NCBI GenBank assembly: GCA_963674745.2
Contig: CAXXDV010000001.1
Coordinates: 256,001 to 320,000, forward strand
Direction of reading: 5' to 3'
Source: Desulfosudaceae bacterium
Lineage (GTDB): Bacteria; Desulfobacterota; Desulfobacteria; Desulfobacterales; Desulfosudaceae
Length of the DNA stretch: 64,000 nucleotides
A model generated the notes under the pieces. That model was not told where the DNA came from and ran no database searches. It worked only from the letters and a program-made list of their open reading frames with translations. A program made the translations under genes and the position numbers. Shown piece by piece: positions 55,667-64,000 of this stretch. Position 1 is the first letter of the stretch, and every line of letters starts with the position of its first letter.

Positions 55667-56125
55667 TTATTCAATCGTCTTGGCCATGGCGGTCTCATCA
55701 CAGTCGGGAAATTTAACGCAGGTAATACAGTCCGACCAGATTTTAATCGGCAATTCGTTCTTATCAATAACCGAAAAACCAAAGCGGGCAAAAAAATCAA
55801 CCTTGTATGTCAGCACAAAAACTTTTCTGATTTCAAATTCGCCGGCCTCAGCCATGCACTTTTCAACCAGCTGTTTGCCGATTCCCCTGCCCCAGGAATC
55901 GGCGCGGACCGCCAGTGAACGGATTTCCGCCAGGTCTTTCCAGCAGATGGCCAATGCGCAACAGCCCAACACCTTACCACCGGGCTCATCCACGTAGACC
56001 GAAAAATTCCGGATATTGTCGTAAAGTTTGGACAACGGCCGGGACAATAAATAGCCTTCTGCCGCAAAATCGGTCAGCAGGTGATAAATGGTTTCAACAT
56101 CCTTGACAGTCGCTTTTCTGATCAT
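55667..56125 (-). CDS. GNAT N-acetyltransferase (short ArgA-like amino-acid acetyltransferase)
   Basis: LAEIRSLAV, GRGIG, KIWSDCITC.KFP.CDE. Confidence 0.85.
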   Translation of the reverse strand: MIRKATVKDVETIYHLLTDFAAEGYLLSRPLSKLYDNIRNFSVYVDEPGGKVLGCCALAICWKDLAEIRSLAVRADSWGRGIGKQLVEKCMAEAGEFEIRKVFVLTYKVDFFARFGFSVIDKNELPIKIWSDCITCVKFPDCDETAMAKTIE

Positions 56126-56189
56126 TGTTTACCCGCCTTTTCCAGGATTTCCAAAAACACGACGAAAATTCATTCATGAAGCATCCAGA

Positions 56190-58157
56190 CTAATACGTTA
56201 TATTACCCGAAGCATGGTCCTGTCTGACTAATGAAGAGACACCCGACGCCTCATCCGAAACGGCAGCACCGGTCACAGGATCAAACCGGACCCGGATCAA
56301 TCCTTCGGGTATGTCAAATCCCTCACAACCGACCTGCCTGATCGCTTCGCCCATAAACGCCTTCCATATGGGCAATGCCGCCATGGCCCCGGTTTCATGC
56401 TTACCTAATGTAGAGTAATTGTCTGTTCCTGTCCATACCCCGACCGCTATTTCTTGTGAATAACCGATAAAAAGCGCGTCCTTACAGTTATCCGTGGTAC
56501 CGGTTTTCCCGGCCACAGGGCAGGGCAGGTCTCTCGCCCGCCGGCCGGTACCTTCCTGGATCACGGCCCTTAAGAGATCCGTCATGACAGCGGCATCAGC
56601 CGCTGAAAGCACATTTTTAGAAACCGGTCGGGCTTGCCACAGAATCCGTCCGTTACTGTCCACAACCCTGTTGACACCGTATGGTTTGATAAAATTGCCC
56701 AGCCTGGGAAAAACCGAGTAAGCAGCGGTCATTTCCAGCAGGGTTGTCTCAGAGGTTCCCAGGGCCAACGACAGATAAGGTGACAGGGGCGAAGAGACCC
56801 CCAGGTTGGTGGCAAAATCGGCCACAGAGGCCGGCCCCAGACGATTAATAACCCGGGCGGCCGGAAGATTCAGGGAATGCACCAGTGCTTCTCTTAAAGT
56901 GACTTCACTCGAGTAGGTCTTGGAAAAATTTTCAGGTTCCCAGGGCTCATTTTTAATCGCCCCCGGAAAAACCGCCGGCGTGTTTAAAATAGGGGTTGCC
57001 GGTGAAAAACCATGGCTGATGGCATAAGCGTAAAGAATCGGTTTAAAGGCTGATCCGGGTTGTCGCCTGGCGCTGGTTGCCCGATTAAAAGCTGACGCCG
57101 CGAAATCCCCGCCGCCGACCATGGCCAGGATACCACCGGTTTTTATGTCAAGGGCGACCAGGGCGGCCTGGGGTTTGTCGGACAACTGTTTCTGTTTCAT
57201 ACGTTCTGCCAGATCCATCAGCCCTTTATTCACGGCCTGTTCAGCCGCCTGCTGCAAAGGATAAGACAGCGTCGTGTAAACCGAAAGACGGCCCCGGTAT
57301 AACTGTCCGGCTCCCACGGTATTCTCCAGAAAGGGCTTGATGTATTCAATAAAATAAGACGCTTTGGCGACATTCCCGCCGGAAGGGATGCCGGTCAGGG
57401 GTTCCTTGATATATTTTTCATATTCCTTTGGGGAAATGATATTATGGCGCCTCATCTGAAGCAAAACCGTGTTCCTGCGGTCAGTCGACAGGTCTTTGTT
57501 GACCAGCGGAGAAAGACGGGACGGGGCTTGGGGCAGGCCCGCAATCAGCGCGCACTCGGCCACGGTCAACTGGTCCGGTCTTTTATTAAAAAATTTTCTG
57601 GCGGCCGCCTTTACGCCATAAGCGCCGCTGCCCAGATACACCTGGTTCAGGTACAGTTCGAGTATTTCCTCCTTGGTATAACGGCGCTCCAATTGGATAG
57701 CCAACAAGGCTTCTTTCAACTTGCGCAGCAGGTTTTTCTTACGGGTTAAAAACAATGTTTTGGCCAGCTGCTGGGTAATGGTGCTGCCGCCTTCGACAAA
57801 TTCACCGGCCGCGATATCTTTTACGGCAGCCCGCAAAATACCTTTTAAATCGATACCGCTGTGTGCGTAAAAACGGCGGTCCTCGGTAACGACCAGGGCG
57901 GAAACGAGTACCGCTGGAATCTGGTCGTAGGAAATCGGGTCTCGTTTTTCCGCATACAGCTCCGCCAGAGGGGTACCATCGCTTCCAAAAATCCGGGTTA
58001 CCCCGGAGGGGGAAAAATCCTCCAGACGTCGGATCTGGGGTAAATCATGGGCCAGTGCCAGATACACCCCGGCGGCGGCTCCGACAAAGGCGGCCGCAAC
58101 CAGTAGCGATAAAATGATCATCCGGCTTTTAAGCCGGCGTTTCCTTGATTGATCCAT
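56190..58157 (-). CDS. Penicillin-binding protein 1A family (transglycosylase/transpeptidase)
   Basis: EDRRF, GGSTITQQL, SAFK, SLN, KTG. Confidence 0.95.
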   Translation of the reverse strand: MDQSRKRRLKSRMIILSLLVAAAFVGAAAGVYLALAHDLPQIRRLEDFSPSGVTRIFGSDGTPLAELYAEKRDPISYDQIPAVLVSALVVTEDRRFYAHSGIDLKGILRAAVKDIAAGEFVEGGSTITQQLAKTLFLTRKKNLLRKLKEALLAIQLERRYTKEEILELYLNQVYLGSGAYGVKAAARKFFNKRPDQLTVAECALIAGLPQAPSRLSPLVNKDLSTDRRNTVLLQMRRHNIISPKEYEKYIKEPLTGIPSGGNVAKASYFIEYIKPFLENTVGAGQLYRGRLSVYTTLSYPLQQAAEQAVNKGLMDLAERMKQKQLSDKPQAALVALDIKTGGILAMVGGGDFAASAFNRATSARRQPGSAFKPILYAYAISHGFSPATPILNTPAVFPGAIKNEPWEPENFSKTYSSEVTLREALVHSLNLPAARVINRLGPASVADFATNLGVSSPLSPYLSLALGTSETTLLEMTAAYSVFPRLGNFIKPYGVNRVVDSNGRILWQARPVSKNVLSAADAAVMTDLLRAVIQEGTGRRARDLPCPVAGKTGTTDNCKDALFIGYSQEIAVGVWTGTDNYSTLGKHETGAMAALPIWKAFMGEAIRQVGCEGFDIPEGLIRVRFDPVTGAAVSDEASGVSSLVRQDHASGNITY

Positions 58158-58249
58158 ATCTTGGCGATTGTATACCGATAATTTGCTTGACGCGTTTATT
58201 ATATCGACTATAGGGTAATACAAACGCAAAAACAACAGGAGAAGCGCCC

Positions 58250-58519
58250 ATGAGCAGCCATCACGACCATCACCATCATCATAGCCATGATCATCATCAT
58301 GAAGAAACCGGAGAACTCTCTTTTGAGGAAAAGCTGATCAAAATCTTTGATCACTGGATCAAACACAACGAAAGCCACGCCCAGACCTACCTCGACTGGG
58401 GTGAAAAAGCCAAAGCGCACGGACGGGAAGACATCGCCGCCCTGCTGGACGATATCGCCGGGTTAAGCGACCAACTCACGGAAAAACTGCAGGCCGGCCT
58501 GAGCAAAGCCAAAAATTAA
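58250..58519 (+). CDS. His-rich small putative metal-binding protein
   Basis: AGGAGA RBS; 11 His in the N-terminal tract; HWIKHNESH motif. Confidence 0.8.
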   Translation: MSSHHDHHHHHSHDHHHEETGELSFEEKLIKIFDHWIKHNESHAQTYLDWGEKAKAHGREDIAALLDDIAGLSDQLTEKLQAGLSKAKN

Positions 58520-58664
58520 GGGTATCTCTAAAAATTAGAATTTTGGTTCGAGGTCAAGGCGTACGAAAATTTTAACCAGAGGAATACATTGACGTATTTC
58601 GAGGATTAAAATTTGAGCACAACGCCGAGATCGGGCCAAAAGGCAATTTTTAGAGGTGCCCTTA
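58517..58664. mobile_element. 148-bp MITE-like element
   Basis: TIRs TAAGGGTATCTCTAAAAATT / AATTTTTAGAGGTGCCCTTA (two mismatches). Confidence 0.7.
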
Positions 58665-58806
58665 AATGAAAAATGGTCTAAGCCTTCCCCCCCTGGTGCA
58701 GGCCCGGAAAGGTTCTACCGTTCCGGCGAGAAAGGTAATAGGTTCTTCTTCCAGGTAAGTCTTTTATGGCGAGAATCACTATCAATTCTTTTTTGTTTTT
58801 ATCAAA

Positions 58807-60804
58807 TTAACGGCTATGGTGATGATACAAACAATATGCCGACTGAATCAGCGACAGGCAATCATTCTCCATATCAGCGCGTATCTTTTGATACCCAAGG
58901 GTATTTTGCTCTAGCGCAATCAATTTGCCAGGAGATTGGAAACGATATAATTGAGTTGTTTTTTGATGCGGCGCGACTCTGACCGCATATTTTTTTCCAT
59001 CAATTAGCCACAATACCCCCTCAGTGTTTTGCAGCAAAGCCATCCCCTGTTCATCGGAGCGAGATAAAACACTTGATCCGAAAAAACTGTGCTCATATTT
59101 TCCGCCTAACAAATCCATAATCGTAGGCGCTATATCTGTTTGGCTGCATATTTGAGAAAGGCTTTTACCCTTCTCACCAATGATGGCAGGCGCATAAATT
59201 AAAAACGGAATATGATGGCCGGTCGGCTCGGGTCTTAAGCTTAAAAAGCCTCCGCAGTTATCTGCCGTTATGACGAATATGGTATTGTCAAAATAATTCG
59301 AATGCCGCGCTTTCTCAAAGAACTGACCAAGCGCCCAATCACCATACTGCAGCGCATTGATCTGATCGGAATGTGGATGATCCGTATACGCCGGATGAAT
59401 TTTCCCCTCCGGAACGATATAGTCCCGGTGAAACGCTAACGTTAAGAGGACTGCAAAAAACGGTTTTTTCTGCTCGGTAAAGGTTTTGTGAGCAGCCATA
59501 AACAAATCTTCATCACACCACCCCAAATGATTTCTGAATGTTTTCTCCGGAAACTTGTTTTCAAAAACAAAACTGGTAAATCCGTTGCTGGCCAGAAATG
59601 ATTGCCGGTGATCATAATACGGCTGCCCTGCGTAAACAAATATGGTGTTGTAACCCCGATCCTTAAGAATTGTACCAATGGTTAAAGTATTCCCAACGCT
59701 TGCCTCTCTTATCGTTATACTTGGACCGTGCAAATCCGGAAAACCGGCAATAAGGCCGCTGAATGACCGTGTTGTACGGGTGCCGACGGAAAAACAATTA
59801 TTCATAAACAGACTATGACTGGCCAATCGGTTAAGATTGGGGGTTAACTTCTGCATTTTACCCACAGGCTCACCCACAGGCTCAATATATGACCGGCAAG
59901 TACTTTCCAAAATTATGAGCACTACATTGTAGTTTTTCCTTTCCCGGCCGGTATCTGTCATCCGCCATAATGGGTTACCGTTCCGGTTTACGAATTGATC
60001 TTGAGGGGTTTGCAATATTTTTTTGACTTGGTTAAAGGCCATGTCTTCCTGCGGCAAACGATAATAAAACTGATCAATATCCCAATTGCTGATAATGTTG
60101 GACCAAAAGGCCTCCCTGAACGCAAATATGCCGTTTAATGTCAACTGAGCCAATAGGTTGGACTGGCTGAAATATGCCGGTCCTGTATTTATGGGCATGG
60201 GCCCGAGGGTGCCGCGGATGCCGATAAAGAGCATGATATTTATTGTCAGAAAGCCGACAAGGTTAACTACCCATGAGGGCGGAAGGTCCGGCGGTAGAAT
60301 TATTTTTTTATAAAAAAAGACGCTAAGTCCGCAAAATGTCCAAAAACATCCGATGAGAATGGGAATTATATAAAAATCATGAACGAGAATTTTGATAATA
60401 TAATCATAATGAAAATATTGAATCACATTGCCGTTTAATCTGGAGCCGAACTCAAGAAAGAAAAAATAATCTGCGATGCAAACAAATAATACCATTACGA
60501 GTATAAATCCGGCATAGGCAGCTATTAGTGACCTGAATAGCGGATGGCGATCAAAAGACGGCGGAATAAAAAGAAAAACAAGAGATATGGGAGCAAGCAG
60601 CATAGCGGCTACCACCAAATCAAAACGCATCCCTACGATAAAGGATGTAATTATTCCTGACATATCACAATCGTAAAAATTCTCCCACGCACTGAGATAA
60701 ACAGCCATGCGCTGCAAAAAAAATAAGGTCATCAGAACAACGAAAAGTAGTATAATTATTTCATATCTAATATGTTTTACATGTCGCCATATCCAGTGCA
60801 TCAC
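58807..60804 (-). CDS. LTA synthase/OpgB-family membrane sulfatase-fold phosphoglycerol/phosphoethanolamine transferase
   Basis: N-terminal TM helices with RFD; NVVLIILES, NTIFVITAD, SQTDIAPT. Confidence 0.85.
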   Translation of the reverse strand: MMHWIWRHVKHIRYEIIILLFVVLMTLFFLQRMAVYLSAWENFYDCDMSGIITSFIVGMRFDLVVAAMLLAPISLVFLFIPPSFDRHPLFRSLIAAYAGFILVMVLFVCIADYFFFLEFGSRLNGNVIQYFHYDYIIKILVHDFYIIPILIGCFWTFCGLSVFFYKKIILPPDLPPSWVVNLVGFLTINIMLFIGIRGTLGPMPINTGPAYFSQSNLLAQLTLNGIFAFREAFWSNIISNWDIDQFYYRLPQEDMAFNQVKKILQTPQDQFVNRNGNPLWRMTDTGRERKNYNVVLIILESTCRSYIEPVGEPVGKMQKLTPNLNRLASHSLFMNNCFSVGTRTTRSFSGLIAGFPDLHGPSITIREASVGNTLTIGTILKDRGYNTIFVYAGQPYYDHRQSFLASNGFTSFVFENKFPEKTFRNHLGWCDEDLFMAAHKTFTEQKKPFFAVLLTLAFHRDYIVPEGKIHPAYTDHPHSDQINALQYGDWALGQFFEKARHSNYFDNTIFVITADNCGGFLSLRPEPTGHHIPFLIYAPAIIGEKGKSLSQICSQTDIAPTIMDLLGGKYEHSFFGSSVLSRSDEQGMALLQNTEGVLWLIDGKKYAVRVAPHQKTTQLYRFQSPGKLIALEQNTLGYQKIRADMENDCLSLIQSAYCLYHHHSR

Positions 60805-60819
60805 ATGGTCACCTTTTGC

Positions 60820-61440
60820 CTAAAATCGATATTTCACACCTGCCCCCACGATGTTCGACCCCCTGATTACGTCGTTGAATGTGCCCCACGCCCCGGAACG
60901 GTGATGAACGCGTACGATAAAGCGCCATCGGCTCCGTTCCGGCGGGGCGAATTCCAGCTCGTACATCATGTAGTTGAGCAAGTGCGATGTCTTGTCAGGC
61001 GACCTTTCCCGCTCAATGGTGGGAATGGAAGAGGCGTAGGAAATCCCTTCGCCGATAGCGAAGCTGGTGCGGACGCGGTTGTTCCACGGGAACTTCATCC
61101 AGCGGGCCACCATCAACAAATTGGTTTCGAAGTGATCCTGTTTTTTGAAATGTTGCGCTACCTGGACCTCGACCTCCAGCGCCAGCCGATCCTGCCACCA
61201 CCGTGACACCTCCCGGCTGCAGGCCACATCCAACATGTAGGCGTTGTTGAATTCAGCGGTTAAGCTGGGGATATCGGCGATTCCGCCGTCGATACCGATG
61301 CCGCCATAAACCGTCAGCGCCCACTTGCCAGGCGTCGTGGTGGCCACGGGTGCTTCAGTCTTCGTATCGACTGCGAGAGCTAAGCACGGCCATATTGTGA
61401 CCGCCAGCCAAAGGGATACTGCGACGAAAACGCTACGCAT
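60820..61440 (-). CDS. Small outer-membrane beta-barrel (PagL/acyloxyacyl-hydrolase-like)
   Basis: Signal peptide, RVHHRSG, GSN, C-terminal YRF; start set at ATG 61440 after AGGAGA. Confidence 0.6.
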   Translation of the reverse strand: MRSVFVAVSLWLAVTIWPCLALAVDTKTEAPVATTTPGKWALTVYGGIGIDGGIADIPSLTAEFNNAYMLDVACSREVSRWWQDRLALEVEVQVAQHFKKQDHFETNLLMVARWMKFPWNNRVRTSFAIGEGISYASSIPTIERERSPDKTSHLLNYMMYELEFAPPERSRWRFIVRVHHRSGAWGTFNDVIRGSNIVGAGVKYRF

Positions 61441-61608
61441 TTGTTTCTCCTGGGGCGACGGGCTGAAAAAACGCCAAGGGTTGATAAGGACCGCTTGTTT
61501 TTGATTCTCGACTCGTATCATTTGATATGCAAAAATATTGAAGAATTTATGCCACAAGAGGCGATGGGCATTGGCTGTTAATACCGCACATAACTTTTTA
61601 CGAGATCA

Positions 61609-62628
61609 TCAGTATTGAAATGAGAAACTGATTGACCCGTACACCTCCGGATCGGGCTGGGTATCAAAAGACTTTGTCCTGACCACATAGGCGAAAACCG
61701 TTTTCGTTCTTTTTACCACCAGGCCGATACCACCCGTAAATATACCGACCAGCGGTTTCTTATCCACGCTGTGGCTGTCTCGAAAGGTATTTCCGTCAAG
61801 GAAAATATTATGAAAAACCAACTGACTGCCGGCGGACAGAAAAAAATGGGCTCCGAAACGATCTTTATTCAGACGACAGCTCGCCTGCCTGAGTTCGGCA
61901 TTAAAACAGGTTGCCGGTTGAATGGGAAAATTTCCGCAATCAAAGGGAATATTCCATCCATACCGGCCCATAATTCCGGCGTTTAAGTATGTCTGCGACG
62001 TGCCCAGTCCGCCGCCGGCATTTACAACAACATCCCCCCCGAACCCAATGTTGATATTCTTTTGAAAAATTTTCCTTTTGTAATCATAAATCAAACAGAA
62101 CACCGGCTCATCTTCCAGCTGGTTATCCCACCCATTTATTTCATCATTGTTCAGCAGCGCATGAGTCTCAGTCTGAATTTGTTCGGCATAGGAATGAGGG
62201 CCAACGATTCCCAAGCAAAGCCCCAGCGTATACATCCGATACTCTAGTTTTCTGTGAAAGCCGATTTCAACATATGTCACCCCGGCATAAGGCCGGTCAT
62301 CCCGGATCAGGTCAGATGATTCTACATCTCTTGGCGTATAGATATTCTGGCCCACGGAGAAGGTCAGCGCTTTTTCTGCGTCAGGGTCGTCAAATCCCAA
62401 ACGCCGGACAACCGGATAAAACCAGTGGTGAATCCAGGCGTCATCCGGCAGTTCGGCCAGGCCATAACGGCTCCAGGTCAGCTTCAACCCGTTGGTGTAC
62501 TGATCATCATCACCGGCAAACACATCGTTTTCGACATATAGGCTGAATGTCCGGAAATCATGGTCCTGGCAGACAGGCTCAGCATACAAGTCAGCCGGCA
62601 TTATCCAGAATGCACAAATGGCCAACAA
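61609..62628 (-). CDS. LpxR-family lipid A 3-O-deacylase
   Basis: ENDVF..DDQYTNG, GQNIYTP, DRPYAG, GWDNQL, FLDGNTF. Confidence 0.85.
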   Translation of the reverse strand: MLAICAFWIMPADLYAEPVCQDHDFRTFSLYVENDVFAGDDDQYTNGLKLTWSRYGLAELPDDAWIHHWFYPVVRRLGFDDPDAEKALTFSVGQNIYTPRDVESSDLIRDDRPYAGVTYVEIGFHRKLEYRMYTLGLCLGIVGPHSYAEQIQTETHALLNNDEINGWDNQLEDEPVFCLIYDYKRKIFQKNINIGFGGDVVVNAGGGLGTSQTYLNAGIMGRYGWNIPFDCGNFPIQPATCFNAELRQASCRLNKDRFGAHFFLSAGSQLVFHNIFLDGNTFRDSHSVDKKPLVGIFTGGIGLVVKRTKTVFAYVVRTKSFDTQPDPEVYGSISFSFQY

Positions 62629-62652
62629 TGTTATGAATAGATGAACGCCGAT

Positions 62653-63228
62653 TTACTCACCCTTTTTCATCTCTGCGTCCGGGTGTACCCGAAACGTATG
62701 AGAACTGTGGGGAAAAATCTTTTTAACTTTGATGTTGTCCCCCTTGGGCGGCAGTTTTTTATCCTTGACCAGGACAAACTCATCCATACCATCGACACGC
62801 ATATGGCATTCCCAGCAGTTTCTGCCAAGGCTCTCACCCTCCCGGTCCGTATGACATCTTAAGCAGACATCATTGCCGCTGGTTTCCATCCATTTTTCGT
62901 GGCCGTCATAATAACCAAGATGATAGAAACTGCGTTCCTTGGATTCGTACTTGTTAGCCTGGGCTTTGCCGGGCACATGACATTCCAGGCAACTCATATC
63001 TTCATGCGACGAACCTGAGAGCTCGTCATAAATTCTGGGCACATTATGGCAGACCGCACAATCCTTTGTATCAGGAAGAACTCCCGGCTCAGGGCCTTTA
63101 ACAGGGCCCGCACACTTTTCACTCATAGCAAAGGCTTTCGGGTCGGCGCTATTGGATTGATCTTGTCCAAAAACAAAAAGAGATCCCGTAAAAAAGAATA
63201 CCAGCGTAATCAAAACCATTCGTTTCAT
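62653..63228 (-). CDS. Exported tetraheme c-type cytochrome
   Basis: Signal peptide; CAVCH, CLECH, CLRCH, CWECH. Confidence 0.88.
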   Translation of the reverse strand: MKRMVLITLVFFFTGSLFVFGQDQSNSADPKAFAMSEKCAGPVKGPEPGVLPDTKDCAVCHNVPRIYDELSGSSHEDMSCLECHVPGKAQANKYESKERSFYHLGYYDGHEKWMETSGNDVCLRCHTDREGESLGRNCWECHMRVDGMDEFVLVKDKKLPPKGDNIKVKKIFPHSSHTFRVHPDAEMKKGE

Positions 63229-63321
63229 GTTTTTGCTCCTGTTGATTGCGTTTAAATGTTAATTATTGCGTCACTATTTAAACCCTTAAACGGGCACTTA
63301 CAATAGTTTATCCGGCACGAC

Positions 63322-64000
63322 TCAACACCGCCGTTTATGAATGATGGCTTCGGCCGCCTTGACCAGGGGCGGGATGATAGGCGTCGCTGTCAGCAACGGA
63401 TGGGTACCGATTTGCGAGGTAAACAGGGCGTCCACGGACATCCTGTTCTGGACGATAAACCCGATCATGTTGGTCAGCTCACCGACCGATTTCCCACCCA
63501 TTACCTCACCGCCCAAAATAATGCCAGACTCCCTGGAAACAATCAATTTAATAATCAGTTTGTGGGTATCCGCCAATGTCCCCGGATGGCGGTCAACACC
63601 TTCAAAGGTGGCGGTTACGATATCAAATCCCCGTTCCCTGGCCAGGCCCTCCGTCACCCCTGCCGCCCCAAAACCGTCTTCACCGAGACAGGTGCAAAAA
63701 ATTGAAATGGTTCCGCCGAACATGCGGACCGTGGACACTTTATACAGATTCGTGCCCGCGATTCTTGCTTCCGCGCAAGCCGTCGAGGCCAGCATGGTCG
63801 GTTTAATGGTACGGGTGACAAAGCTGGTTTTCTGAGCGCAGTCACCGACCGCGAAAATATTCGGGTTTTCCGTGCGCATGTATTCATTGACGACGATAAA
63901 CCCCATTTTATTGACCTGCAGTCCGGCCTGCCGGGCCAGAGCGGAGTTGGGACGATACCCGACCGAAAGGATAACAGCATCCGCTTCCAGCACCTCGCCA
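63322..64000 (-). CDS. FAD-dependent pyridine nucleotide-disulfide oxidoreductase (NADH oxidase/CoA-disulfide reductase-like), 5' part outside the window
   Basis: GYRPN, T..PNIFAVGDC, C-terminal dimerisation domain. Confidence 0.85.
   Translation of the reverse strand, partial: GEVLEADAVILSVGYRPNSALARQAGLQVNKMGFIVVNEYMRTENPNIFAVGDCAQKTSFVTRTIKPTMLASTACAEARIAGTNLYKVSTVRMFGGTISIFCTCLGEDGFGAAGVTEGLARERGFDIVTATFEGVDRHPGTLADTHKLIIKLIVSRESGIILGGEVMGGKSVGELTNMIGFIVQNRMSVDALFTSQIGTHPLLTATPIIPPLVKAAEAIIHKRRC

Noticed and set aside
58680..58760. Hairpin-rich segment (CCGGAAAGGTTCTACCGTTCCGG) as a possible ncRNA
   Set aside because: Matches no RNA family I recognise; could simply be a terminator between convergent genes

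Overview
Mostly core chromosome of an anaerobic deltaproteobacterium (gene content and order are Desulfobacterales-like; this is an inference). 1-16.1 kb is the minus-strand transcription/translation cluster: four tRNAs, tuf, rpmG, tRNA-Trp, secE, nusG, rplKAJL, rpoBC, rpsL, rpsG and a second tuf, with no fusA. Next come a LysM lytic transglycosylase, class I fumarase, groESL, a tiny bS22/AURKAIP1-like gene, hflKC, dnaX-ybaB-recR-murI, infC-rpmI-rplT-pheST, ftsH-folP-coaX, two pilT-type ATPases, fur-feoA/feoA/feoB, proC, ccdA and PBP1A. The right end holds an envelope-modification/redox cluster. Two observations stand out. (1) RNA polymerase beta' carries a ~96-aa in-frame insertion that looks like a degenerate parvulin (PPIase/rotamase) domain. 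(2) A three-gene RiPP-like islet lies between two tRNA-Ser genes: a PqqD/RRE protein, a precursor with a YxxP leader and six CxxG repeats, and an ScmC-like P-loop kinase fused to an S26 peptidase, with no radical SAM or cyclase gene nearby. Several MITE/REP-like palindromic elements and short tandem repeats occupy intergenic spaces. No CRISPR array, integrase or transposase was seen. All calls come from reading the sequence and recognising motifs; no database searches were run.
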